Below are positions 39,699-62,327 of a stretch of 64,000 nucleotides of DNA, one piece after another. A program made the position numbers and the translations under genes. Below the pieces are notes generated by a model, which searched no databases, had not been told where the DNA came from, and worked only from the letters and a program-made list of their open reading frames with translations. Positions within the stretch are counted from its first letter, which is position 1, and each line of letters begins with the position of its first letter. The stretch is from the human T2T-CHM13v2.0 reference genome, Homo sapiens: NCBI RefSeq assembly GCF_009914755.1, contig NC_060929.1; one strand, 5' to 3'.

Positions 39699-42600
39699 CT
39701 CATTCTTAGTTTCAACCTGTTTGTGGCTTTGAGTTTAAAGTGAATCACTTATAAAGAGCATATAGTTAGGTCATTTTTTCCAATTCATTCTAATGACTTC
39801 TGCCTTTTAATTGGAGTATTTAATCCAGTAATATTTAATGTAATTACTGATAAGGTAGGATTGATGTCTACCATTTTGCTATTTGTTTTTTGAGTCTATG
39901 TCCCTTTTCATCCCCTGTTCCTCTTTTACTGCCTTCTTTTATTTTACATAGATATTTTCTAGTGTATCATTTTAATTTTGTGGTTGTTTCTTTTATTATA
40001 TTCTTTTCATTAATTTTATTATTGGTTACCCTGGGGATTACATTTAATATCCTAACCTATAATAATCTAGCTCAGATTAATAACAACTTAATTTCAATAG
40101 CGTGCAATAATTTTGCTCCTATATAGTTTCATTTCTGCCCCTGCTTTGTGCTGTTATTGTGGTACAAATTCCTTTTTTATACAGTATATACTCTTTAGCA
40201 CAAATCTATTATTATTGCTTTATGTAGTTGTCTTTTCAATCAGAGAGGCTAAAAGTAGTTATAATAAAAGTACATTTATGCCATCTTTTATATTTATCTG
40301 TCATGTGACCTTTTCTGGCGCTTTACATTTTTTTCTGTGGATTCAAGTTACTCTCTAATGTTCTTTCATTTCACCCTGAAAGACTCCTTTTAGTATTTCT
40401 GGAAAGGAAAGTTGCTAACCACATAGTGTCTCACTTTTTGTTTATCCAGGAAAGTCTTAATTTCTTCTTAATTTTGGAATGACAATTTTGTTGCATATAG
40501 TATCCTTGGTTTATTGTCTTTCAGCACTTTGAATACATCACTGCCTTCTAGCCTCCTAGGCTAGAGGAGAAATCAGATATTAATCAGGATATCACTTTTA
40601 TGTGATAATTTTCTTCTTCCTTCCTCTTTCGTGATTCTCTCTTTGTCTTTTGCTTTGGCAGTTTCGTATATGTCTACATGTGGATCTCTTTGTGTTTATT
40701 TTACTTAGAGTTTACTGAGCTTCTTAGATATGTAGATTAATGTTTTTAAATCAGATTTGGGAAGCCTTCAGCCATTATTTCTTCAGCCATATTTCTTTAA
40801 CTACTTTCTGTTGTTAGTCTTCTTCTGGGAGTTCCACTAGGTCTATGTTGGTATATTTTGTGGAGTCCTATAGGACTCTGAGGCTCTGTTCATCTTTCTT
40901 CCTTATTTTGTCTTTTTGTTCCTCAGCCTGGGTAATTTCAGTTACTTTCATGTTCACTGATTCACTCTTCTGGCTGCTTAAATCAGCTGTTGAGCCCCTC
41001 TGTGAATTTCTCAATGTAGTTATTTTACTTCTCAACTCCAGATTTCTGTTTTTTTTTTTTAAACTATCTTTTTGATATCATTCATTTGATGAGAAATCAT
41101 TTTTATACTTTTTATTGTTTATATAGACATGATTTCCCTTAGTTCTTTGAATATATTTAAAACAGTTGATACAAAGTCTTTGTCTAGTAAGTCTAACATC
41201 TGGTATGTTCTCCAGGGACAGTATTTATCGATTACTTTTTTCCTGTGTATTGCTCATATTTTCTTGTTTCTTTCCATGCTTGGTATTTTTCTTTTTTAAG
41301 AAACTGTATGGCTTTGAAGTTCAGATTCTCCCTCTTCGTAGGGTTTGTTGTTGTCCCTGATTTTATTGTTGTTTGTTTAGTGAATTTTCTGAAGTCTTTT
41401 TAAAGTATGTACTCTTTGTTATGTGTGGCCATTGCAGTCTCTGCTTGGTTAGCTTAGTGGTCAGCTAATGAGTGGACAGAGATTTTCTTAAATCCTGGGA
41501 AACAGTAAGTCTCCCAGTTTTTGCTTGGGAGCTCCATGTGCGTGTTGAAGAATACCTTTAGCATTCAGCCAGAAAATTTTCAACTCTGCCTAACCTTCAC
41601 TTCCTCTTTGCACACAGCCTCAAAACCAGCCAGAGGTGAGAATGTAGGGCTTTTACAGGTTTTTCATGAACATGTGCACAGCCTTATACTTGTGTGTCAT
41701 CTTCTAGGTTCTAGGAATATGTCAGAAATTTTTAAATTTGCAATAAATGTCTCATTGCCCAGTCTTTCCTTTTAAGCTTTTAGTTAGCTTATTGTTTTCC
41801 CAGCTGTTATCTATTACCTCTGGCAGCTATTATGTTACATAATTGTCTATAAACATTTTTGACAAGTGCCTCTAAGGAAAAGGCTTTCAAATACTGGGCA
41901 AACTTTGAGTCAGGTCAAATAAAGATACTGTGGTGAGTGAAGTCTTCAAGAAACCACTAGATAGATCAAACAATGACAACTCTGTGAATTGGGCTTTGAT
42001 GGCTTTCCTACCCCATTCTGTTCCCTTCAGTGGCTGCCAGGATGCTGGTTTTAACTGTTATTGCAGGCTGTTAGTTTTTAAGGTGACTTTGGAGGCTGGG
42101 AGAGTTGTGTGGGAATAGGTCAAGTTTAAATGTAATAAAGTTCACTGATTTCCTGGAGATTCAGCTGTATTTCTTTAATAAATGCTCCTTGGAATCCTGC
42201 AAGCCCTTGGTTAATTTCTGAAGTTCTGCAAGCATTGATTCTGACAGTTTTTGCTAGTTTTCTCATTATTTTTATGGAGCAGAGGATTTTAGGAGGTCCT
42301 TACCCTGACATTTGCACTGGTTTGGATTTTCAGAGCAAACATTAGGGCTTCCCCCTACCTCTTGTTAGATATTATGGAATCACTGTCAGTTTTTGAACTA
42401 CAGACTGATATAAAAATAGTCTTTTGAAGACTATTCTGTTGGTAATGTAGAGAAGGCTGATTGGAATGGGCAGAAGAGAGCAAATTAATAAAGGCAATAA
42501 CAGTGGATGTATGTTGATAAGCTCTTGTTTTGGGTAGCAGCAAAACAATGTTAAATGAAGGATAAAGGAGGCATTTAAAGAGGGTGTCAGAAGTACTTGG

Positions 42601-42744
42601 TGACCTTTTGCATGACTTCTGTATTTAAGCAGGTTTGATGTCAATAATATAAAATAAAATAAAGTAAAATAAAATAAAAAAGTTCTTCTGAAGAATATGT
42701 CATCCATCCAGTCATCCATTCATTCACCAAATACATGTGAATGA

Positions 42745-42975
42745 ACTGGTACGAAAGCAGAAACAAAGACCAATGGAACAAAATAGAAAACAGAATAGAA
42801 ATAAAACTGCACACCTACAACCATCTTATCTTTGACAAGGCCAACAAAAACAAGCAATGGGGAAAAGACTGTCTATTCAATAAATGGTGTTGGTATAAAT
42901 GTGCACACATGCTCACACACGCACACGCACGTGCACACACACATGAATTAACAATATCTAACAAATTATGCTTTG
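42745..42975 (+). repeat. Inverted copy of 44090-44316 (L1 ORF2 fragment plus flank)
   Basis: Near-identical reverse complement, including the L1/flank junction. Confidence 0.9.
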
Positions 42976-43589
42976 ATGGATGTAGAGAAAAAAGAGTGAA
43001 TAATTTTCAAAGGAAAAAAGTTGAGACCGTAGGATACGTGTTTTGGGACTAGCCTTGGAAAAGGGAAGGATCTCCTGTACTGTGAGAGAGGAGAAAATAA
43101 AGTAATTGGGGGAAATTGGAATTAGAATGGACTGGATAGGAGGAAGGATACGTCAGAGAATGTATTCATGCCCTTCCTCACCTACCAGGAAGGGTGGATA
43201 AAACAGACAGGTGGCATTTAAAAGGAATTTGTCCCCATTCTTCTGTATATTTTGTTAAACTCAGGATCAAGTTATGGGGCAAATGCATCACAGATGGCTT
43301 GAAGGTTTCCCTTAGATCTCTCCGTGTATAGATCTACTAATTAAGTAAGAAATTTAAGGCCACCAGATTGTGAGGAAACACAATAAAGTAATGCTTTCCA
43401 ATTCACAGTTTTTCCCTTCAGCACTGGGATGTAGCTTTTCCTAAGAAAGGAAGTATGGTATTGGTTGGCATAATGATTGAGCTCTCCAGGATATTGCTAA
43501 AATCAGAAATGTGGTTGAATATTATCTGATTCCCACTGAATCCATTCCCTGATGGCTTCTGTCTTTTTGGTGGAGACTTATCTAAATTA

Positions 43590-43935
43590 CAGTCATGCAT
43601 TGCTTAATGATGAGGATATCTTCTGAGAAATGTGTTTTTAGGTGATTTTGTCATCATGCAAACATCATAGAGTGTACTTACACAAACCTAGATGGTATAA
43701 TGAACCACACAGCTGGGCTATATGTATATCCTATGGCTCCTAGGCTAAAAACCTGTACAGCATGCTACTGTATTGAATACTGTAGGTAATTATAACACCA
43801 AGGTAAGAATTTGTGTATCTACACATACCTAAACCTAGAAAAGGTGTAGTAAAAATACAATATTATAACCTTATGGACCACCATCATATACCTGGTCCAT
43901 CACTGACTGAAACATCATTATGCAGTCTATGACTG
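43590..43935. mobile_element. Tigger3a (MER7A)-like element, apparently complete
   Basis: TIRs cagtcatgc ... atgactg with TA on both flanks; 346 bp. Confidence 0.85.
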
Positions 43936-44164
43936 TATGTTGGATGAACTGCCAAAATGAGAAATAAATTATTGTTTTCTTCTGAGACAAATTATTGAAG
44001 TTTTAAAATGTTGTTTTTTTAAATGAGAGAAATTTAATAAATCACTTGATTGAGAACTGGGCATTAAGTAAAAATTAAGTCCCATTTACCAAAGCATAAT
44101 TTGTCAGATATTGTTCATTCATGTGTGTGTGTGCACGTGTGCATGTGAGCATGTGTGCATGTTT

Positions 44165-45754
<1,590 letters not shown>

Positions 45755-46403
45755 AAAAAGGGATATTTTAATACAAAGGAAGTAGTCAAAGAATTCTGAG
45801 CTCAGATTGCAGGATGGCCCTTTTCAAACAGAGGCAGCTGGCCGCTTACCTTGCCTTCATTTTCCAGGGGTTTCTCCTCCCATGAATGGACAGCGAAAGC
45901 TTCATCCTAGACCAATCCTGTCTCCACGATGGCTTTGGGGACCTGCCTTGCCCCAGGGTTTTGTCTACAGGCCTGGCAACTCTGACCATGAGAGGCAGAC
46001 TCCCTCTAACTGGAGGCTGACAAGTGGAAACTGTTCGGATTATTCCCAGAGGGCTTACATGGGGGCGGGTCATCCTGGTGAATTCTCAGGCATGATCCAA
46101 ATCTGCCTCCTAGGCACAGAACACCATTCTCCAGGGTCGCAGTGCTGCCTGGACTCCAGGAAGCCAGTCTCTGCTGCTCCTGGTGTGCCCCTAGGGGTGG
46201 CCGAGGTTAGTAAGGCCTCCCCTCACTGGAGCAGAAGACAAAGTGATTTATCTTGATCCCTGTGAAATGGTTGCACAACCCCAAGAGCCTGAGACTCATC
46301 AAAGAATGTCCCTCTTTATTTCCTGTTCATTACATTGCCATGCGCAATTCAGACAAGACATCCCAGCACTGCTTCCAGTCCTCTGCTTAAGGGTGGGATT
46401 CTA

Positions 46404-52078
<5,675 letters not shown>

Positions 52079-52855
52079 TCTAACTTCTTGATAAAGGTGT
52101 TTTAAGGCTATTAAGTTTCTTCTTAACACTGCTTTGGCTGTATCCCAGAGATTTTGGTAAATTGTGTCTCTACTCTCATTAGTTTCAAATAATTTTTACA
52201 TTTCTATTTTAATTTCAATGTTCACCCAGGAGTTATTTAGGAGTCAGTTGTTTAATTTCCATGTATTGTGTAATTTGGAGCGGTTTTGTTGGTATTGCTT
52301 TTCATTTTTATTGCACTGTGGTCCAAGAGTGTACTTGGTATATGATTTCAGTTGTTTTTTATTTATTGAGGCTTGCTTTATGACCAAGCATGTGTTTTTT
52401 TTTTTTTTTTGGAATGTGTTCTGTATGCAGATGAGAAGATGTATATTCTGTGGTCGTTGGGTGGAGTGTTCTGTAGATGTATATTAGGTCTAATTGCTCA
52501 AGTGTTAAGCTTAATTCCAGAATTTCTTTGTTAATTTTTTGCCTCAATGATCTGTCTAACACTGTCAGTGGAATGTTGAAATCTCCCACTATTTTTGTAT
52601 GGTTGTGTAAAGTCTTTTCTTAGGCCAAGAAGATATTGTTTTATAAATCTGGGTGCTCTAGAGTTGGGTGTGTATATATTTAGGATAGCCAGAGCTTCTT
52701 GTCAGATTGTACCCTTTATCATTCTGTAATACCTTTCATTGTCCTTCTTAACTTTTATTGGTTTAAAGTCTGTTTTATTTGATATAAGAATAGTGACTCC
52801 TGGTCTTTTTAATTTTCTGTTATTGATAAATCCTACTCCACTCTTTTACTTTGAT
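52079..52855 (-). mobile_element. Older L1 ORF2 (endonuclease) fragment, right part
   Basis: ORF 52359-52589 MGDFNIPLTVLDRS; continues the 44165-45490 element. Confidence 0.85.
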
Positions 52856-52858
52856 AAA

Positions 52859-53153
52859 TTTTTTTTAGAGATGGGATCTCACTCTGTCACCCAGGCTGGA
52901 GTATAGTGGTATCATCATTGCTCACTGCAGCCTTGAGCTCCTGGATTCAAGAGATTATCCTGCCTCATTCTCCCAAGTAGCTGGGACTATCAGTGTGCAC
53001 CACCATGCCCAGCTAATTAAAAAACAAAACATTATTGTAAGATATGGGGTCTTTCTGTGTTGCCCAGGCTTGTCTCAAACTTGTCTTCAAGTGATCCTCC
53101 TGCTTTAGCTTCCCAAGTGGCTGAGATCACAGGTGCAACCCTCCATGCCTGGC
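52859..53153 (-). mobile_element. AluJ
   Basis: gctcactgcagccttgagctcctgg diagnostics. Confidence 0.9.
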
Positions 53154-54269
53154 TTAGTTTAAAATGAATTCACTTCGTATCTTAAATTTTCTAATATAAA
53201 TAAATGTACAATCATAAATACATCTGTATTAGGTATTTTCATTGGGTAGTGTTAAATTGAAAACATCACTATAATAAATATATTTCTAAAACTTATCTAG
53301 GATTTATTTTTCTACCAAAAGTATAAATAATTGGAAACAATCTTTGAGTATTATTGTAAAGCAATTTGATCATTGTGTGGCAGTTTTATATAGTATTTAA
53401 GTAGTAAAGTCGGGAAACTTTGGAAATTGTTCATGCTTTCAGGTGACTAGAATGCCCTAGCTTTTATAAGTCAGTAGCATACCTAGTAGTTGAGACCTTA
53501 GTATAATATATGATTAATAGACTTTCCTGAAGCTTTTTAGCTTCCGAGAGACTTTACTTCATCTCATTTTTCATTTCTCAGTAATATTCATGAGTGATAT
53601 ATATTAGGAATTGGTCATTAATTCATTCTTTTTTTACTGAAGCACTCTAACATGAGTTTGAAAAAAACATTGAGCTGGCAATTTCTGCTTTCACATTTTA
53701 TTACAGCCTCAAAACTTGTTTTATAACGATTTTTAGTGATATTTTAACATCTTTATGATTTCATGGCACCATACATTTGGAAATTCCATTCCTACTCTTC
53801 TAGCTACCAAAAACTTTTCCCTCCCTCCCCTGGCACACTTCTTTCAGCATAGGAGATGAATGTAACCATAGAATTAGGGCCCCATACTTGCATTTTTTCA
53901 TTACTTTTGTTCTGTTGAGGTATCATGATAGCCACAAAAAACATCTAGGCCTACAACTAATTACCTTGCAAATGGTAAATCACTGTGGGTTTGAAATTGT
54001 ATGTAATATGACCATTCTTATTACATAGTTAATCACTAGGTGTAAGGGCTTTTCTATTCATTAATGTTGGAAATAACAGACTGTGCTGCCCATAAGAGAC
54101 TGAGTTGGATTATAGAGAGAAGAGAGTAAAGTGCACGTTTCATTTGATGGTATTTTTAATACGATAGGTGCTATAGATATAGTGATTTTGAAAATGATCT
54201 TTCCCATATGACTATTAGTAAGATTTCTTTGTTAATAGAAAATGTATATTTAGAATTTTGTTAAGAGTA

Positions 54270-54495
54270 TAAGAGCTGGACTCTGATGGCTTGGGTTTAT
54301 ATCCTGGCCATTTCCAAAGTGTAATTTGGCGAATATATTTAATCCCTCTGTAACTCAGGTTCCTCATTTCACAATGGGCATACTAATAGTACCTATATTA
54401 TACAATATTTTAGATGGTTATTGGGAGGATTAACTGAGTTTCATGTAAAGCAGTTAAAACAGCATGTAGTGCTTGGTAAAGTTAGCTGCTATTAG
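54270..54495 (+). mobile_element. MIR
   Basis: ctcaggttcctcatttcacaatggg...aatagtacct core; catgtaaagcagttaaaacag. Confidence 0.7.
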
Positions 54496-54709
54496 CTAAT
54501 ACTGTGACACGTAAAATTCAAATTATTAATGATTCGGGTGCCTAAATGAAACTTTTTTTTCCTTAGCTCCTTTTTCTTCTTCTAGAATCCCGAAGAATGT
54601 TTAAATTTACCTTGAAGCTGCTAGAGCTCAAGCTTCAGCCCCTAAGCATTTTGTTTTTAATTTTTACTTTTCTTCTTGAAGCGGAGTCCCAAATTATATG
54701 TATGTGCTT

Positions 54710-55210
54710 TAGGCATAACCAACTTCTCTAAAAATTAATGACTTAAAATAACCACTTGTTTTGCTCATGAATCTGTAATTTGGGTAGAGCTTGGTGGGGA
54801 CCACTTGTCTCTGCTGTATACAGGGTTCTTGGGGCAGCCCACCTGGGGCTGGAGTATCCTTTTCCAAGATGTCTTACTCAAGATGGCTGGCAAATTGATG
54901 CTGGCTGTTAGTTCTCCATGTGAGCCACTCTGTGGGGTGACTTTAGCTTCCTCACAGCATCATGACTAGGTGTCCTGAGCAGTCATTGAGCAAGTGGTGC
55001 AAGAGACCAGAAGTGGATGCTGCCAGTTTTTAAAGACTTGGGACTGAAAGCCAGCCTGTCTTTGCTAGAAGTAAATACAGTATTAAGTTCTACTATATTT
55101 TATTGTTCAAGTGGCCATAGAACCCACGTTTAAGAAGAGGGGATAAACAACCCACCTTTTAATGGAGAAGTGTCAAAAAATTTTGGTTCCATATTATAAA
55201 ACCACCACAC
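54710..55210 (-). mobile_element. MLT1-type MaLR LTR (old)
   Basis: gctcatgaatctgtaatttggg, ttccaagatg...ggctggc and cttcctcacagcat motifs. Confidence 0.65.
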
Positions 55211-55538
55211 TGCATTTGCTATTAATTAAAATAATAACAAGCAAGGTAGCTATTATGGACTACTTTGTTGAAGTGTACCCATTTGACAGAGGATGTGGTT
55301 TCTGGGTTACTTTAAAAAAGGAAAAAGCCACTTTGACCTCCTGATGATGATATATTCATACTTTTGTTTTACACTGGAATTTCAACTGAAGCACCAACAA
55401 ATATATCAGATGTCAAAATGAGTTGTGAGAAATTATCCAAACACAAAATTTCAAAGAATATAACAAAATGAGTTATATAACTTTTGAATTCTCTCACTTA
55501 CATTGAGTGTATAAAAAATTCAAGGGTAAAATCTGAGA

Positions 55539-55574
55539 GAGAATTTTCTGAGGAGAATTTTCTGAGGAGAATTT
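55539..55574. repeat. 14-bp tandem repeat (~2.5 copies)
   Basis: gagaattttctgag gagaattttctgag gagaattt. Confidence 0.9.
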
Positions 55575-55937
55575 ATATTGGGAGAACTGTGGGGGTGCAT
55601 CCCCTGTCCCTCTGCCCCTCATGTGTATCTGTGCATCATCGTAAGTGTGGTGAGAAGGGCTTCAACAAAACCCCTTGGAGAGTATGATTTTTTGCTTCAA
55701 GACAATGACAAAAGTCCTGATCTATTACTGAGGGAATTAAGGAGGCCTAGGGTTGTAGGATGGAGGGCGGAGTCTGGATAAACTGTATCACCTCCCACAG
55801 CAGGGCAAATGGAAGTGAGCCCCAGGGCTGGCTGTGAAACCTGTGGTAAAGACGTTAGCCTGAGGTCATTTTAAAGGGATCCTGCCCAGAGGGCAGCCTG
55901 TCAGGGGAAGTGGAGCCCAGGAGTACATTGCTATGGG

Positions 55938-55967
55938 CATATTGTCAGAAGCCATATTGTCAGAAGC
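55938..55967. repeat. 15-bp tandem duplication
   Basis: catattgtcagaagc x2. Confidence 0.9.
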
Positions 55968-56389
55968 TGAAATTGAAGGAGATCTAGATTAGTCAGCTGA
56001 AAGAGAAGCAGTCCCGCATGTTAGGATTGAAGTTGATGGGTCCTGCAGTGAGACCTCTGTAGAGACTTAAAATTCCACTACAATGATTCAGCCAAGGACA
56101 TAGAGAACGAAGCCATCTTATGGCAGTCCAGTCAAATAAGAACCTTTCTAACCTCTTCTCAGTTCTGATCTTATTCAACCCTCACCTTGCTCTGTCCTTA
56201 GTGGGGATGGGAAACCAGTTGGCCAGCCGAGTGAGGAAGAAAAGTATCGACAGGCAAAAAGAAAAGATGGACAATAACTCTTTCTCCAGCTGTAAGCCAC
56301 CAGCTTGCAGCAGTCCCTGGTTGGGGCAGAAGAAGAGTTAATGTTAAATTTAAGTTAGAGCTTTGATTATTATGTGGAGTGTGCCATTA

Positions 56390-58460
<2,071 letters not shown>

Positions 58461-58654
58461 ATATATGCATTTACTTATAAAAGAAACGTTGGTGACTTAA
58501 AACCTAGTAGAAATGATTATCTATAGAGGGAGGAAAAGAATGGGTAAATGGAAGTGAGCATTCTCTGAATATACTTTCTTATATAGGTTTAACTTTGGAT
58601 TCATATAAATGTGTTATATATTTAGAAAGTAAAAATGAGATTAAAAAATCTTCA

Positions 58655-58980
58655 CCTGGAGATGCCAAATAGTCTCATGGAGATAATGAGTTTGGAATTT
58701 AGGGGAAGTTAGGAAATTTTTGGAAGTTAGGCTGGAGATGTAAATTTGGGAGACGGTATTTTAAATTACAGGTGAGTGAATGAGACCAGAGTGAGTCTGA
58801 ATGTGGATGAAGCAGTCTGAGCCTGAGAAGTGATACGTCCCATGACGTAGAGGTCAGAAAGAAGGCAAGGGTTCAGCAAAGGAGGCAGAGGGGCTTCTAG
58901 TGAGGTGAGAAGGAAAACCAGAGGAGTGTGGTGTCAGGAAGCCACAGGAAAACGTGACTCAAGAAGGAAGAACTGACCAT
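58655..58980 (-). mobile_element. L2 fragment
   Basis: ggctggagatgtaaatttgggag and aaaccagaggagtgtggtgtc motifs. Confidence 0.6.
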
Positions 58981-60460
58981 GTGCCCTCCCACTCACTTTT
59001 TGTATTGCTATCCTTTCGTATGTTCTAAACCACAAATGAATATCTAAAGAGTCATAAGAAGTAGCTGAAGTTAGGGAAGCGGGGGATATTTAGAGTGGGA
59101 GGGTACAACTCTGATAATGGGAAAGTGAGTCCAAGTGAGAAGTTGAAGTAAACCAATTCATTGAAAACTTTAACTCGGAGCCTAACTGCCTCCTTATAAC
59201 CTCAGAATTCTCAGCTGATTTTGCAACTTAGATGGAAATCAGGAATTAAAAGAGCATCAAACTAAAATTTTCAGTCAGAATAATAAGAAGCTAAAAGTAT
59301 TGTCTTTCAAGAAACACAAAGAGAAAAATAAAGATATCTTCTATTTTTTTAAAGGCAATTGATTAGCCTAAATTTTTTGATTGAAGGAAAAGACAATTAT
59401 CATGATAGAAAGTGAGGGTGGAGTGGGTGGTATAACTTCAAAGTGTTCTGCACGCTGGACACATTGATCAAAGGCAAAATAATAAAAGAGGGAAGTCTGA
59501 GGAGTCATTACATTATTACAAAAAGACTCCCCGTATTTCAGTTTATGACACCAGAGTTCCTAAGTTGAAGTCAAGAGATGAAAGATACCATAGTTGATGC
59601 ACTCAATGAATTCTGTTAATGGCTTCCTTTTCACTTGTGAATTTTCTTCAAAGGTAAGTTTTAGGTACAAAGGATTTCACAGAAGGATGTGAAATACATG
59701 CATGTGGAGGGAAACTGGCTTCTCTCCTCAAGCAATGTATTATGGCTGAGAAAGAAAGTGTGGAATGGAAGAAAAGTGGGGAATGGTAAAAATACAATAG
59801 ATGATCTGTTTTTTGTTTCAATGTCTATATGCTTGTGTTGATTAAGTGATATTTTTGCCTTTTTTATTTTATAAAAACATTTGACATGTATGAAACATGT
59901 TAAGGAGTTCCCTGTTTGCTTATGGGTGGAGAAGACATTAATCTAATTCTAACTATAAGGTTGTAATTAAGCCCTGGGTGTTTATACCCACAATTCAAGT
60001 GCTAGATTCTGGGTGTTAAATGATCTTAGTTTTAAGGTTTTGGTTCAGAGTTCTAATTTCTGGAATTTTGCTTTTCAAAAACAGCATCAGAAATGACCAA
60101 AAGTAAAATATATTCAATGTAGAAACTATGGAAAACATAGAAAAGCACAAAGAAACACCAAAATTACTGAAAAACTCTGTACCTAAAGGTTGACCACTGT
60201 TCTTCCAGTGCTTTTCTATGGATATACTCACTTATATACATAAATATATTTGTACATTTTTTTCTATTTTAATGTAAAATATTCCATTTTAGATTAACAT
60301 GCTGCATCATGAAACTCATTTAAAATATACCTTGATATTTTATGATATGACTTCCCTTATTATTTTAAATAATTATAAGAATTAAAATGACACGTTTTGT
60401 TGTATTTCATTTGAGGAATTCATGTGTATTCAAACAGCAGGATCAGAAACAGAGATATTT

Positions 60461-61012
60461 TGTTATCTATTGCTATGTAAGAAGCCATGTCCAAACTTAG
60501 TGGCTTAAATTAATTTACGATGATTTCTCACAGGTCTAGGGTTTGAAGGACTTAGCTGGGCTCTTCTTCCTTGGGGTGCATCATAGTTGCAGCTCGATAA
60601 CGGCTGAGGCTGATGTCATCTTACTGCTTAATCATTCATGTATCTGATGTCTGAGTTGTGATGTCATATCTGGACATGACATGTATGGATGGCTGGAGGC
60701 TAACTAGATATGTCTCTTTCCATATAGCCATTCCATGTGGCTAGCTTAGGCTTCCTGAAAGCATGGCAGTCTTAGGTAGTCAGATCCCTTATACTGTGGT
60801 GCCTTCCTCTGGGGCAGGCATTCCAAGAGGACTGGGCAGAAACTTCAAAACAACTTAATGACGTAGCTTCAGAAGACCAAGAATGTCACATTTCTACTCC
60901 ATTCTTTTGGTTTAGCAAGTCACCAAAGCCCAGATTCAAGGGGAGAGGACTTAGACTCCATTCTCAAAGTGAGGAGCACTAAAGAATTTGCAGCTACCTG
61001 TAATCTATTAAA
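60461..61012 (-). mobile_element. MLT1-type MaLR LTR (old)
   Basis: tgttatctattgctatgtaa...aaacttagtggcttaaa; ccagattcaagggg. Confidence 0.65.
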
Positions 61013-61231
61013 AGTGGCCCCATCCAATTTGAAAGTATAATAATACACTGTTATTTTAATGTTCTGTAACAACAGACATATCTGTCATGTTATATATTCA
61101 TTTAAATACTATTACTGGAAAAATGGCACTTGTGTGTTTTTTTAAATAAAAATGCTGTAATAGTATTTTTGTATTGTATTTATCCTACTTGTTACCCTTG
61201 AACACTTCCCAGTGTCTGTAGTTTTCATAAT

Positions 61232-61372
61232 TTTTTTAATTTTTAATTTTTGTGGTTACATAGTAGGTGTATAATTTATGGGTTACATGAGATTTTTTGA
61301 TTCAGGCTTGTAATGCATAATAATCACATCAGGGTAAATGGGGTATCATCACCTCAAGCATTTATCCTTTGT
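61232..61372 (-). mobile_element. Short L1MA 3' end
   Basis: ttttgtggttacatagtaggtgtata...cacctcaagcatttatcctttgt. Confidence 0.75.
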
Positions 61373-61387
61373 CATAAAATATTTTTA

Positions 61388-61739
<352 letters not shown>

Positions 61740-62079
61740 TTATCTACTGGTTAGATAAAATAGTTACTATAATAATGACAAAATAATTGTTCACTTTAAA
61801 TTGTAGGGGGGTTAAGCAAACCAGTATACATTATAAACAGCTAAAATAACTAGAGATTTGCTAAAGGAAAGGCATAATTGCTAATGGCTCAATGCTTAAC
61901 TGACCACTAGGGAATTGTAAATGATTGAAAAAGTCAACTAATCCGGGACACTTAAAGTGAATTATTGTGTTAGTAGCTAAAAATACTTTGAACCTGAAGT
62001 CCCACTTGTTGAAACATTCTTTTAGTAGCTATGGTTTTGTTCATGTAAATTGGGTGAATTAATAAGAATTAATAAGAAT

Positions 62080-62310
62080 AACACAAGTTATTGAATGGTT
62101 AACATAACTTAGGCATTGCGCTAAGTATATTACATACATTATTTCAGTGAATCCTCACAACTACTCTTTGAGGTGGGTGATTTAATTTCACATTTTCAGA
62201 TGAGAAAACAGGTTTAGAGACACAACTGAGATTTAGAGATGCTAAGCCACTTGCCAAGCTAACTCAGATAATAAGGAGTGATTCAGGATGTAACTTAGGT
62301 GATGTAAACT
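62080..62310 (-). mobile_element. MIR
   Basis: aatcctcacaactactct ... cattttcagatgagaaaacagg core. Confidence 0.7.
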
Positions 62311-62327
62311 CAAAACAAATGTTTGGA

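Noticed and set aside
45807-46256. 149-aa ORF in the putative transduced block
   Set aside because: TTG start, no recognisable domain, and antisense to the direction of transduction; probably chance.
55520-56380. Purine-rich block (similar in character to ~14690-15400), possibly an ancient LTR
   Set aside because: I could not assign termini or a family by eye.
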